From assembly GCA_944377315.1 (NCBI GenBank), contig CALWEM010000022.1, forward strand, positions 6,183-70,182: 64,000 bases of DNA, in the 5' to 3' direction. The notes beneath the pieces are model-generated. The model made no database searches, was not told the origin of the DNA, and saw nothing but the letters and a program-made list of their open reading frames with translations. The DNA is from an uncultured Clostridia bacterium (GTDB taxonomy: Bacteria; Bacillota; Clostridia; Christensenellales; UBA1242). Positions within the stretch are counted from its first letter, which is position 1; each line of letters starts with the position of its first letter. Position numbers and translations under genes: made by a program. Of the stretch, positions 56,134-64,000 are shown piece by piece.

Positions 56134-59100
56134 ATGAACGCAAAAAAATCAAAATTATCATTTAAAATCTTTGCTCTTGTGCTTGCTTTTGCATTCACTG
56201 TCCTTTTCATTCCAGTTGGCGAACTTGTTGCTTGGGCGAAGATTGCGGATGAATACACTGATTATTCTTTCATCACAATCGGGGATGACGGCGAAGAAAT
56301 CAAGAACACGGTATACACTGGGGATATATACCCTGTTCCTAATGCTTATATTGGTGGAAACAAAGCCTATACAATCGGTGATAAATCTCTTGCCACTGAC
56401 ACAACTTTGAGTGGTGATGTGAAGTATGTTTCATCAAAAATCACTGTCACATATGGCACAAATCAATATTCTTCAGCTGAAGATGCAAGCGAAAATGGTG
56501 TGACAATTGATTTGGAAGCTGGCGGTCACTTTACTGCTGACAAAATTGGAACATATGTTGTGACATATTCATACACATATAAATTGGGTGACGGCACAAA
56601 ACTCACAAACCAATACGAAATGAAGGTGGAAAGTTCAATTTCTGACGCCAGCATCAATCTTGAAAATAATGACGGAAACCTTTTCCCATCAATTATTGAC
56701 GCATCTTTGATGAAGAAAGTGGAAAATACCTATGAAGACATCAAACTTCCAATCCCAACAGTTTATGACGAAGATGGTGAAGAAATTGAAAATCTCATTT
56801 TGACAACAAATATCGAAGAAGCAAAAGAATATGATAACCAAAGTGCAGATGAAGACAAAGATTGCCTTCTTGTCACAATTTCTGGTGGTGCTGACAATGA
56901 AGACCTCACTGAATTTTTGCACGCTGAAGCGTCTACTGAAGAAGGCGAAGTCGACACTTTGAGATTGGAAGGTTCTGTTTTCGACAAAATCGGCACAAAT
57001 TATTCTTCATATACTATTAAATATTCATATTATCACAATGGTCAATTCGTGGTTTCAACCACAAAAACTGCAGTTGTTTATAAAAAACATTATGAAAACT
57101 ATAACAACAACTGGAATATGGAACTTGAATCTTCACTCACAACTTCTGCTCAACCGGGAATTGAACAAACTTTGCCAGGAGTTAAGGTGACTTTGAATGA
57201 CAAAGCAAAACCAGCAAATGAAGAAATTGAAGTTTCATACAAAATCAAAGTTAGATATCGTGCACCTGGTTCTTCTTCATATAATGATTTGGACAAAGCA
57301 TTATATAATGTTGAAGGCGAAGAAGCAGTTGTTGACGAAGAAGGATATCTTGTTGACCCAACAAAATTTACTCCACTTGAAGAAGGCTCATATTCTTTCA
57401 ACTATGTTGCATATGACTTCTATGGCAACAAAGTTGGTGAAACCTTTGACGGAAGACACGAATGGGAAAACATTAAAGACACAACAACTCCAGAAGCAAT
57501 CGTGTATGACGCATCTGCAAAAGACGAAAACGGCGAGTTGACATATGAAGAAGCATCTGACAAACTTGCAAGATACACATATCCAAACGGTGTGGTTATC
57601 TATGCAGTTGGTCTTGAAGACAACTTTACAAAAGTTGAAGATGCAACTCTTCAAAGAGTGGTTAATGCCAACAGCGAAACTCTCTTCACAATTGAAGACT
57701 ATGATAACTATAACCTTGTTTTCAACTATCGTCCATCTTCAAATGGTGGTACAGATGCTTGGCAACAACTCAAAAACAATAACTATCTCATAAGAAAAGC
57801 CATTGACAAATATAATAAAGTTGAAGAAAACACCGATGTAACTGACAATATAACAATGCTCAACTGGTTGAAAAAAAATGGATATTTGATTGTTATTGAC
57901 AATGGCGGAACAAGCGGTGATGAAACAAACACATATGCAAGAAGCATATACAACTCATTTGCCACTTTCTTTAATGAAAAGGGAATTGAGAATGCAGACG
58001 ATTTTGTTGCATATGTTAAAGATAGTGCCAACAAAGACACTTTGACAAGTTGGGGTTTTGCATACCTTGACAACGAAAAAACCTTTGGTGCTCTTTCATC
58101 AAATGGTGGATATAACTACTCATCATATCAAATTAGATATGAAGCAACCGACAAAGCGGGAAATTCAAACTATATTTCAAGAGATATGACCTTGACAACA
58201 ACCTATGATTCAACCGCTCCAACACTTTCAATTTCAACAAACTTTGAAGACACCTACACAAGTGACGCTGTTGTGGAATTTGCTGTTCCAACTGCAAGTG
58301 ATGACAACGACACTTCTGCAAGAATGAAAGTGCAAACCTATTATCGTTTCTTGGGTGCAAATGGTGACCCAATTATCTCTGAAATTCGTGATGAAGACGA
58401 CAATATTATCAACACATTTGACAACACTGCAATCTTTGATGAAAAAGCAGAACAACCAGACCGCACTGATGAAAACGGCAATGTTTATGTTGAAAAATAT
58501 GATTCATACAAAGGTGCTGGCTATATCAATTTGACAGATGCTGATGCTGAAAACTACAAGATTGATTTGGCAATTGGCAAAGCATACAATGCTCAAAGCG
58601 TTCAAATTTTTGCATTTGTTTATGATGACTACGGCAATGTTGGAATCATCGGCGATGAATTTGATATCTCATCAGCAATTGATGAATATGTTCCAACTCT
58701 TGTGAAAGATAGCATTGAAATTGATGAAACACAAGCTGAAGTTAACCAAGGCGATGACATTGAACTTCCAACTGTAACTGTGAGAGATGACTATGTTGAA
58801 TTTATGGACTTCAATGTGACAATCTACAATGAAAAAGAAGATGGCTCAAAAATTTTCTTGACATCTCCAAGCAATTCAAAACAAACAAGAAACACATTTG
58901 ACTACACCTATTCAGTTTATGGTGGAACATTCACCGCTGCTTTTGCAGGTGACTATGTTGCAGCCATTGAACTTAATGACTACAATAACGGCAAGGTTGT
59001 TGTCTTCACTCGCTACACAGCAAAATCTCGCTTGATTATTCAAGACCCAGTTGCTGATGTTGATTTTGAAGACCAAACTGTTGAACTTGATGACAAGCCA

Positions 59101-60483
59101 GAAATCAAACTCCCAACACCAACAATTTCATATTCAATTGACAACTCTCTTGACTATGAAACATATGTAAAAACCAAGGATTTGGAATCATTCACAGAAC
59201 CAGGCGTGGTTTTGATTGGTGTTGATGAAAATGGCTATGCAACTGACTATGAAACAACTTATGGTCAAGCATCATCTTTCAAACCAACTGAAAAGAAAAC
59301 TTACACGATTGACTATACAACCAGATTGAGAGTGTATCCAACAAGTGCGTTTGAATATGTTGAAGGCACAAAAGAAGATGCACTTGCCGGCAAACTTGTC
59401 AACTATTTCACTGAAAAAGGTGAAGATGCTCAAGATAATTACTATATCAAACCTATCGATGAAAAATCATATGAAGTTTACACTGCAACCGACCTTTCTG
59501 ACCCAAAAACATATGCAAAATATCTTGTGACAGAGGGCGAAGATGGTTCTGTGACAACAACTCACAAAACTGGAACAGACGGCAATGTCACCATCGACCA
59601 AGATAGATATGAATTTTGGCGTAACAATTTGAAAATGTATGTTTGGAACAGTGAAAACTTCACAGTCACTGTGAACGACACAAAAGGTCCAAAAATCAAG
59701 AATTATGACTATGTTGAATCCATTTCATATGGTGCGCTTGAAGAAGAAAACGGATACCCATTGCTTGTTGAAGGAATTCAAGCAACAGATGCAAGTGGAA
59801 TCAATATGAAAGATTCTTCTGTGTCAGTGACCACAACCTACAAATCAAATGGTTCAACAAGAACAAGTGTTAGAAACTTGAATGATGAAGAAAAAGTTTC
59901 TGGTGTGAAAATTGATGTAACTTTGAACGGAACAATCACAATTGCATACAGCGTCAAAGATAACAATGGTAACACCTCAACAAAAGAATACACCATCAAA
60001 GCAGGTGACAACACTGACCCAATCATCAAAGTTAACACTGCTGATGAAGAAGATTTCATTGCAACATCATATTCACTTTCACATTTCCAAGAAAATGATG
60101 ATTTGTTCACTGTAAATTTGAAAGATTTGACTTTCAGCGATGACAGAACTGACGACCAAACAAAATTGACTGTTGAATATAAGTTCGTGAACGAAGAAAC
60201 TGCAGAAGAAGAAATCGAAGCAGAAATTGAAGATGAAGACACAATTGCATACAAGATAACAGAAGTTGGAACCTACACTTTCTCTGTGACTGTCACAGAT
60301 GAAGCTGGAAACTACACAACAAGAGAATTCACTTTTGAAGTTACTGAAGAAACTCACGACCCAACTTTCACATATCAAGTGGTTGGAACAATCTTGATTG
60401 TTGTTTCTGTTCTCCTTCTTGCTGGCGTGATAATCTACTTCATTGTTTCAAAGGTTAAACTTGATAAAGAACTCAAAAAATAA
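56134..60483 (+). CDS. Large surface protein (about 1449 aa) built from tandem Ig-like/HYR-type domains, with a C-terminal TM anchor
   Basis: The start is refined to ATG 56134 (MNAKKSKLSFKIFALVLAFAFTVLFIPV), 8 nt after AGGAG. Domain boundaries recur as D.[ST].P.[IL] (DTTTPEAIV, DSTAPTLSI, DEYVPTLVK, DTKGPKIKN, DNTDPIIKV), each followed by a D..GN signature (ATDKAGNS, VKDNNGNT, VTDEAGNY). The C-terminal TM VVGTILIVVSVLLLAGVIIYFIV is followed by SKVKLDKELKK. No LPXTG. Confidence 0.85.
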   Translation: MNAKKSKLSFKIFALVLAFAFTVLFIPVGELVAWAKIADEYTDYSFITIGDDGEEIKNTVYTGDIYPVPNAYIGGNKAYTIGDKSLATDTTLSGDVKYVSSKITVTYGTNQYSSAEDASENGVTIDLEAGGHFTADKIGTYVVTYSYTYKLGDGTKLTNQYEMKVESSISDASINLENNDGNLFPSIIDASLMKKVENTYEDIKLPIPTVYDEDGEEIENLILTTNIEEAKEYDNQSADEDKDCLLVTISGGADNEDLTEFLHAEASTEEGEVDTLRLEGSVFDKIGTNYSSYTIKYSYYHNGQFVVSTTKTAVVYKKHYENYNNNWNMELESSLTTSAQPGIEQTLPGVKVTLNDKAKPANEEIEVSYKIKVRYRAPGSSSYNDLDKALYNVEGEEAVVDEEGYLVDPTKFTPLEEGSYSFNYVAYDFYGNKVGETFDGRHEWENIKDTTTPEAIVYDASAKDENGELTYEEASDKLARYTYPNGVVIYAVGLEDNFTKVEDATLQRVVNANSETLFTIEDYDNYNLVFNYRPSSNGGTDAWQQLKNNNYLIRKAIDKYNKVEENTDVTDNITMLNWLKKNGYLIVIDNGGTSGDETNTYARSIYNSFATFFNEKGIENADDFVAYVKDSANKDTLTSWGFAYLDNEKTFGALSSNGGYNYSSYQIRYEATDKAGNSNYISRDMTLTTTYDSTAPTLSISTNFEDTYTSDAVVEFAVPTASDDNDTSARMKVQTYYRFLGANGDPIISEIRDEDDNIINTFDNTAIFDEKAEQPDRTDENGNVYVEKYDSYKGAGYINLTDADAENYKIDLAIGKAYNAQSVQIFAFVYDDYGNVGIIGDEFDISSAIDEYVPTLVKDSIEIDETQAEVNQGDDIELPTVTVRDDYVEFMDFNVTIYNEKEDGSKIFLTSPSNSKQTRNTFDYTYSVYGGTFTAAFAGDYVAAIELNDYNNGKVVVFTRYTAKSRLIIQDPVADVDFEDQTVELDDKPEIKLPTPTISYSIDNSLDYETYVKTKDLESFTEPGVVLIGVDENGYATDYETTYGQASSFKPTEKKTYTIDYTTRLRVYPTSAFEYVEGTKEDALAGKLVNYFTEKGEDAQDNYYIKPIDEKSYEVYTATDLSDPKTYAKYLVTEGEDGSVTTTHKTGTDGNVTIDQDRYEFWRNNLKMYVWNSENFTVTVNDTKGPKIKNYDYVESISYGALEEENGYPLLVEGIQATDASGINMKDSSVSVTTTYKSNGSTRTSVRNLNDEEKVSGVKIDVTLNGTITIAYSVKDNNGNTSTKEYTIKAGDNTDPIIKVNTADEEDFIATSYSLSHFQENDDLFTVNLKDLTFSDDRTDDQTKLTVEYKFVNEETAEEEIEAEIEDEDTIAYKITEVGTYTFSVTVTDEAGNYTTREFTFEVTEETHDPTFTYQVVGTILIVVSVLLLAGVIIYFIVSKVKLDKELKK

Positions 60484-60488
60484 TAAAA

Positions 60489-60515
60489 AATAGCGAGATA
60501 ATCGCTATTTTTTTA
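60489..60515 (+). terminator. Rho-independent terminator after the 1449-aa gene
   Basis: 8-bp stem AATAGCGA (60489-60496) / TCGCTATT (60502-60509) with loop GATAA, followed by a T run. Confidence 0.75.
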
Positions 60516-60615
60516 TTTATAAACAATTGTTATGGTTGCGATTTTCATAACATATCTAAATGTAAACTTTTCAATATAAACGCGTTATTTGATTATTATT
60601 CGAAAAATCAAGAGG

Positions 60616-60653
60616 AAAAACACCACTAGAGTTTAACCTAGTGGCGTTTTTTT
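60616..60653 (-). terminator. Bidirectional terminator serving the convergent minus-strand adhesin gene
   Basis: Stem CACCACTAG (60621-60629) / CTAGTGGCG (60638-60646) has 7 perfect bp plus extension. It is flanked by A5 on the left (a T5 tail on the minus strand) and T7 on the right. Confidence 0.7.
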
Positions 60654-60710
60654 AGTTTATTTCCTGAAAGCATCTTATGATTTTTCTATAATAGGAAAGT
60701 TAGTTGAAGT

Positions 60711-63700
60711 TTACTTCACTGAAATTCTCTTTCTCAACACGATAATCAAGATGATAACCACAAGAAGGACGATGGCGGAAACCACAATGGCGATGATTGT
60801 TGCGGCGTTAAATGGCTCATTTTTGGTCACTTTGATACTGTATCGAAGGTCGCCATTTGATGTCACAATTTGCACGAAATATGAGTTCGTTCGCTCAATT
60901 GTGTGAGATTGCAAGCCAGTTGAATTGGCATTGATGGCGTAACTGTATTCCACATATGCTTCATCGTCTTGATAGTAGATAACTCGCAAGGTGGATTCGC
61001 CATATTCTTCATAGACATTTCCAGCATTGAATTGAACGACAATTGGGCTTGTGGTGGATTCGCCGGCATTGATGGAAGTGTATATGAGATTTTCTTTTCC
61101 AACTTTGATTTTGACTTGGAATGTCCAACTTGTTTTCGTGCTTTCGCTGTTATATAATTTTTCATTACTATTAACCGTTATGATATATGTTCCAGAACTT
61201 GTTTTTTCATCGAGATAGTAAAGAGCAAGTTCGGACAAATATTCTTTTTGATTAACCATTATTGTGTCAAGATTGAGCGATTTGAGATAGATATTTGTCA
61301 TATCAACGCCATCTTTATATATCGACTCAATATAGTAGTTGGAATATTTGTTGATTATGAAGGAGTATCGATATTCGTTCGGGTTGATTATTGTGAAGAA
61401 GTATGTTTGTGAGCGAATATAATTTTCTGATGTGTCCTTGCTCGATTGTGCGGTGAAGGTGACACCATAGTAGCCGGTTTGGTTAAATGTGTATGTGCCG
61501 TTTGAGTGAGAATAACCGGTATACGCCGAGCCATTTCTTGTTACGCTGATGTTCACAATATTTCCGCGATAGTAGGAATTGAGTTCTTTGTCGAGCATCA
61601 AGATGACTGAACCATTATAGATTGCTTGACTGATTGGTTCGGTTGTTTCTTCTTCATTCGTCATTGGATTTGTGTAGGTCACAGTGTATGGAATATCTTT
61701 CAAGAACACCAAGGTGAAGTCGTCTGTTTGAGATGTGTTACCTTTGTTGAATATTTGAACATTTCCAGAAGCATCAATAAAGGAAATTTTATATCTTCCA
61801 GAGCGGGTGATATATGTGTAATAATATTCCTTACCGCCAACGATTTCAGTGTATAAAACTGGATTAAGTTCATAGCCATTTTTTGTTATTTTGATATTGA
61901 TAACATTTTGTTGAATGGCATAATATTTCGACCATTGAAGCTTGATTTGACTTATTGACGATGTGTCGGGAACAATATAGTCCAAAGTTGATGTTGTGAC
62001 AAGATTGTTGTTTCTGTCGATTATTCCAGCGGAATTAAAGGTGTAGAATTCGCTTGTGAATTGGTCGGTTGGTTCAATGAAGGTGATGGCGATGTCAGTG
62101 TCAAACCTTGGAATGTTGTCGATGTTGGCAATGTTAATCAAGTTTGAGATGTTATATATATATGTTCGAACATTGTCAGCATCTTGATAGTAAGTAATTT
62201 CTGTGGATTCAATCAATTGCTCTGCATTTGTCACAATTTCCAGCAAGCTGTCACGGTCTTGATAGTTAATATTGACAATATAGTGATTTGCGAAAGATTG
62301 AATGTTTGTGAGCCCAGGTGTGTAATATGTTTGACCAGATTTTTCCACAATATCCACACTGTCGCCACGAGCAACAGTTATATAATATGCTGTGGAGAGA
62401 GTGGAAGAAAGTTTGAAGTGATAAACATTGCTTGCTGGCACATATTCAAAGATATATGTGTAATTTCCAGTTTGGTCGAGATATCCAAGGTCTTCTATGG
62501 TGTCCATATCATACCAAACTCTCAAATAGTAGTCTTGTTGTTCGATATCATCTGGGCAACTGATTTCTGTTCCGCTTTCCACTTCGGTCCAAATAACGCC
62601 ATCAGTGCTTAATTCGAATTTGATTGGAAGGAAGGTGGCATTGGAGCGATAGTTTAAGGTAACTTTTGAGAAATAGTCAACTTGGTCTTCATTAATTCCC
62701 AAAAGACTCGCTGTGATCATTCTGCCGTTTGATGTGAAATAGAATTCATTAACAATATTATCCATACTGTTGGTTTCTGGGAGAGAAACTTCGTTGTTGA
62801 GTATGAAATATATGGTTTTGACAGGTCCATCATCTTCTTCGCGAGCAGTGTCGTTAACTTCAATCATAAGTCGATGAGAATAATATGTTTCGTCATCAAA
62901 AGAATTGAAGGACAATGTGCGAATGGTGTTTGATAGGCGACTTTCCACATTGACAAGTGCGTTTTGTGTTGTGAGTTCCACCCAGCCATTTTCATATTGA
63001 TAGATTTTCACTGAATATTTTGCTTCGTTATAGGTGTATCTGAAATCATTTTCAGTTATATAGTATAGATTGTTGTCATTATAGTAGAAAGAGTATAATG
63101 TGTTGCCTGACGAGATTTCGCGATAGTTGGTTGTTTCGTGATATAGGTGGATTTCGGTGTATTTTTCGCCATAGTTATCCACAAATTCATAAACAATTCG
63201 CGTGTTATCCACAAGATTCAAATTTGAATTCAGTTCAAATGTCAAATTTCTTCCACTGGATGAAACTGTCACATTTTGGTTGCTTGTCCACAAATCGCTG
63301 TATCCAAACTTGTTTTCTTGTTCGAAATAAACGATTTCAACTGTCCCGTCAGCATCCGAACCCGGGGTGTATATCTTGAGTTTTTGAAGATATGGGAAGG
63401 CTTGTTTGGTGTTTTCAATTTCCGCGTTTGTTGGTTGCTCAAAAGTGATGTATTCGCGCTCTTGGTCGGATGTGAGTGACGATGAAAGTGTTGTGTTTCG
63501 TGTGTTGACATAGATGTTTGTCGTGGTGCCCAACACTTGGTCGAAGAAAGAAATTTGATTTTTGTATCTTGAATTAAGGTTGCTGTTGATTATTGTTTCA
63601 AGGTCGACTTCAACAAATTGGTTGCCTTCTATTCGATATACTTTGTTGTATAACCAAGGTGAAGTGTAATAGTTAACATAAGTTTCGAGCCCGGTGTCAC

Positions 63701-64000
63701 TTCTTCTTGTGACCACAAAGTTAATCCAAGCATTTCCGAAGTAGTTAACACCAGTGATTTTCAGTCCCGGCTTGCCAAAGATATTCAAGGTTGCAGTGTG
63801 ATTTGTGAGTGCAAGTGCATCGTTATAATCCTTGCTTGTCAGTTGTTTTTCAAGAGTTTCGCCGTCTTCTTCCACTTCATAGGTTACAAGAGAAGTGTCG
63901 TCAGTGGCATAGTTAGTTATATATATTGTGTATATTGTCAAATTGCCAGCCAAATCACTTTCCACGATTTCATAGTAATTGCCAGGAACAAAAGCACTTA
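60711..64000 (-). CDS. Large surface protein, 5'-truncated by the window end (more than 1090 aa visible), with a C-terminal TM anchor
   Basis: The minus-strand frame stays open to nt 64000, so the GTG at 63965 is internal (...YYEIVESDLAGN). It is rich in Y/N/T beta-type repeats and carries the D.AGN signature seen in the neighbouring gene. The C-terminal TM IIAIVVSAIVLLVVIILIIVL is followed by RKRISVK. Confidence 0.85.
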   Translation of the reverse strand, partial: SAFVPGNYYEIVESDLAGNLTIYTIYITNYATDDTSLVTYEVEEDGETLEKQLTSKDYNDALALTNHTATLNIFGKPGLKITGVNYFGNAWINFVVTRRSDTGLETYVNYYTSPWLYNKVYRIEGNQFVEVDLETIINSNLNSRYKNQISFFDQVLGTTTNIYVNTRNTTLSSSLTSDQEREYITFEQPTNAEIENTKQAFPYLQKLKIYTPGSDADGTVEIVYFEQENKFGYSDLWTSNQNVTVSSSGRNLTFELNSNLNLVDNTRIVYEFVDNYGEKYTEIHLYHETTNYREISSGNTLYSFYYNDNNLYYITENDFRYTYNEAKYSVKIYQYENGWVELTTQNALVNVESRLSNTIRTLSFNSFDDETYYSHRLMIEVNDTAREEDDGPVKTIYFILNNEVSLPETNSMDNIVNEFYFTSNGRMITASLLGINEDQVDYFSKVTLNYRSNATFLPIKFELSTDGVIWTEVESGTEISCPDDIEQQDYYLRVWYDMDTIEDLGYLDQTGNYTYIFEYVPASNVYHFKLSSTLSTAYYITVARGDSVDIVEKSGQTYYTPGLTNIQSFANHYIVNINYQDRDSLLEIVTNAEQLIESTEITYYQDADNVRTYIYNISNLINIANIDNIPRFDTDIAITFIEPTDQFTSEFYTFNSAGIIDRNNNLVTTSTLDYIVPDTSSISQIKLQWSKYYAIQQNVINIKITKNGYELNPVLYTEIVGGKEYYYTYITRSGRYKISFIDASGNVQIFNKGNTSQTDDFTLVFLKDIPYTVTYTNPMTNEEETTEPISQAIYNGSVILMLDKELNSYYRGNIVNISVTRNGSAYTGYSHSNGTYTFNQTGYYGVTFTAQSSKDTSENYIRSQTYFFTIINPNEYRYSFIINKYSNYYIESIYKDGVDMTNIYLKSLNLDTIMVNQKEYLSELALYYLDEKTSSGTYIITVNSNEKLYNSESTKTSWTFQVKIKVGKENLIYTSINAGESTTSPIVVQFNAGNVYEEYGESTLRVIYYQDDEAYVEYSYAINANSTGLQSHTIERTNSYFVQIVTSNGDLRYSIKVTKNEPFNAATIIAIVVSAIVLLVVIILIIVLRKRISVK

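Noticed and set aside
1-64000. Prophage, IS/transposon, integron, restriction-modification or known defence-system genes.
   Set aside because: I recognised no integrase, transposase, recombinase, terminase, capsid, nuclease-helicase or Cas-like proteins in any of the six frames. The NPPY methyltransferase at 35240 is the conserved yabB-type housekeeping enzyme, not an R-M component.

Overview
AT-rich chromosomal segment with Firmicutes (Bacillota)-type synteny. Almost every gene is on the + strand. The housekeeping blocks, read by eye from the translations, are: dnaB-type helicase; gltX; uppP; a P-type Ca-ATPase; holB-ricT-NPPY methyltransferase; an OYE/FAD oxidoreductase; spmA/spmB; tatD-rsmA; dus; pgk-tpiA; dnaX-ybaB-recR; argS; and rpmG-secE-nusG-rplK-rplA. 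Four very large secreted or surface protein genes are interspersed among them and occupy roughly 30 kb of the 64 kb: a 1070-aa lipoprotein, a 6373-aa protein encoded by one 19.1-kb ORF, a ~1449-aa protein, and a protein with more than 1090 aa visible that is cut by the window end. Three of the four end in a single C-terminal TM helix plus a basic tail rather than LPXTG. I found no rRNA, tRNA, CRISPR array, IS element, integrase or recognisable defence genes. The observations most worth follow-up are: (1) dnaX is broken exactly at an A9 run, with the tau-type C-terminal domain in the -1 frame, which suggests recoding by slippage or a homopolymer assembly error; (2) the giant C-terminally anchored adhesin family; (3) an 80-nt perfectly nested four-way-junction element between pgk and tpiA; (4) a TIM-barrel gene broken at a T8 run; (5) palindrome-bearing tandem repeats overlapping the argS stop, followed by a small accessory islet with an orphan HicB-like gene; (6) an insertion between nusG and rplK; (7) several apparently leaderless genes. 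All calls come from visual motif recognition. No database search or folding computation was possible.
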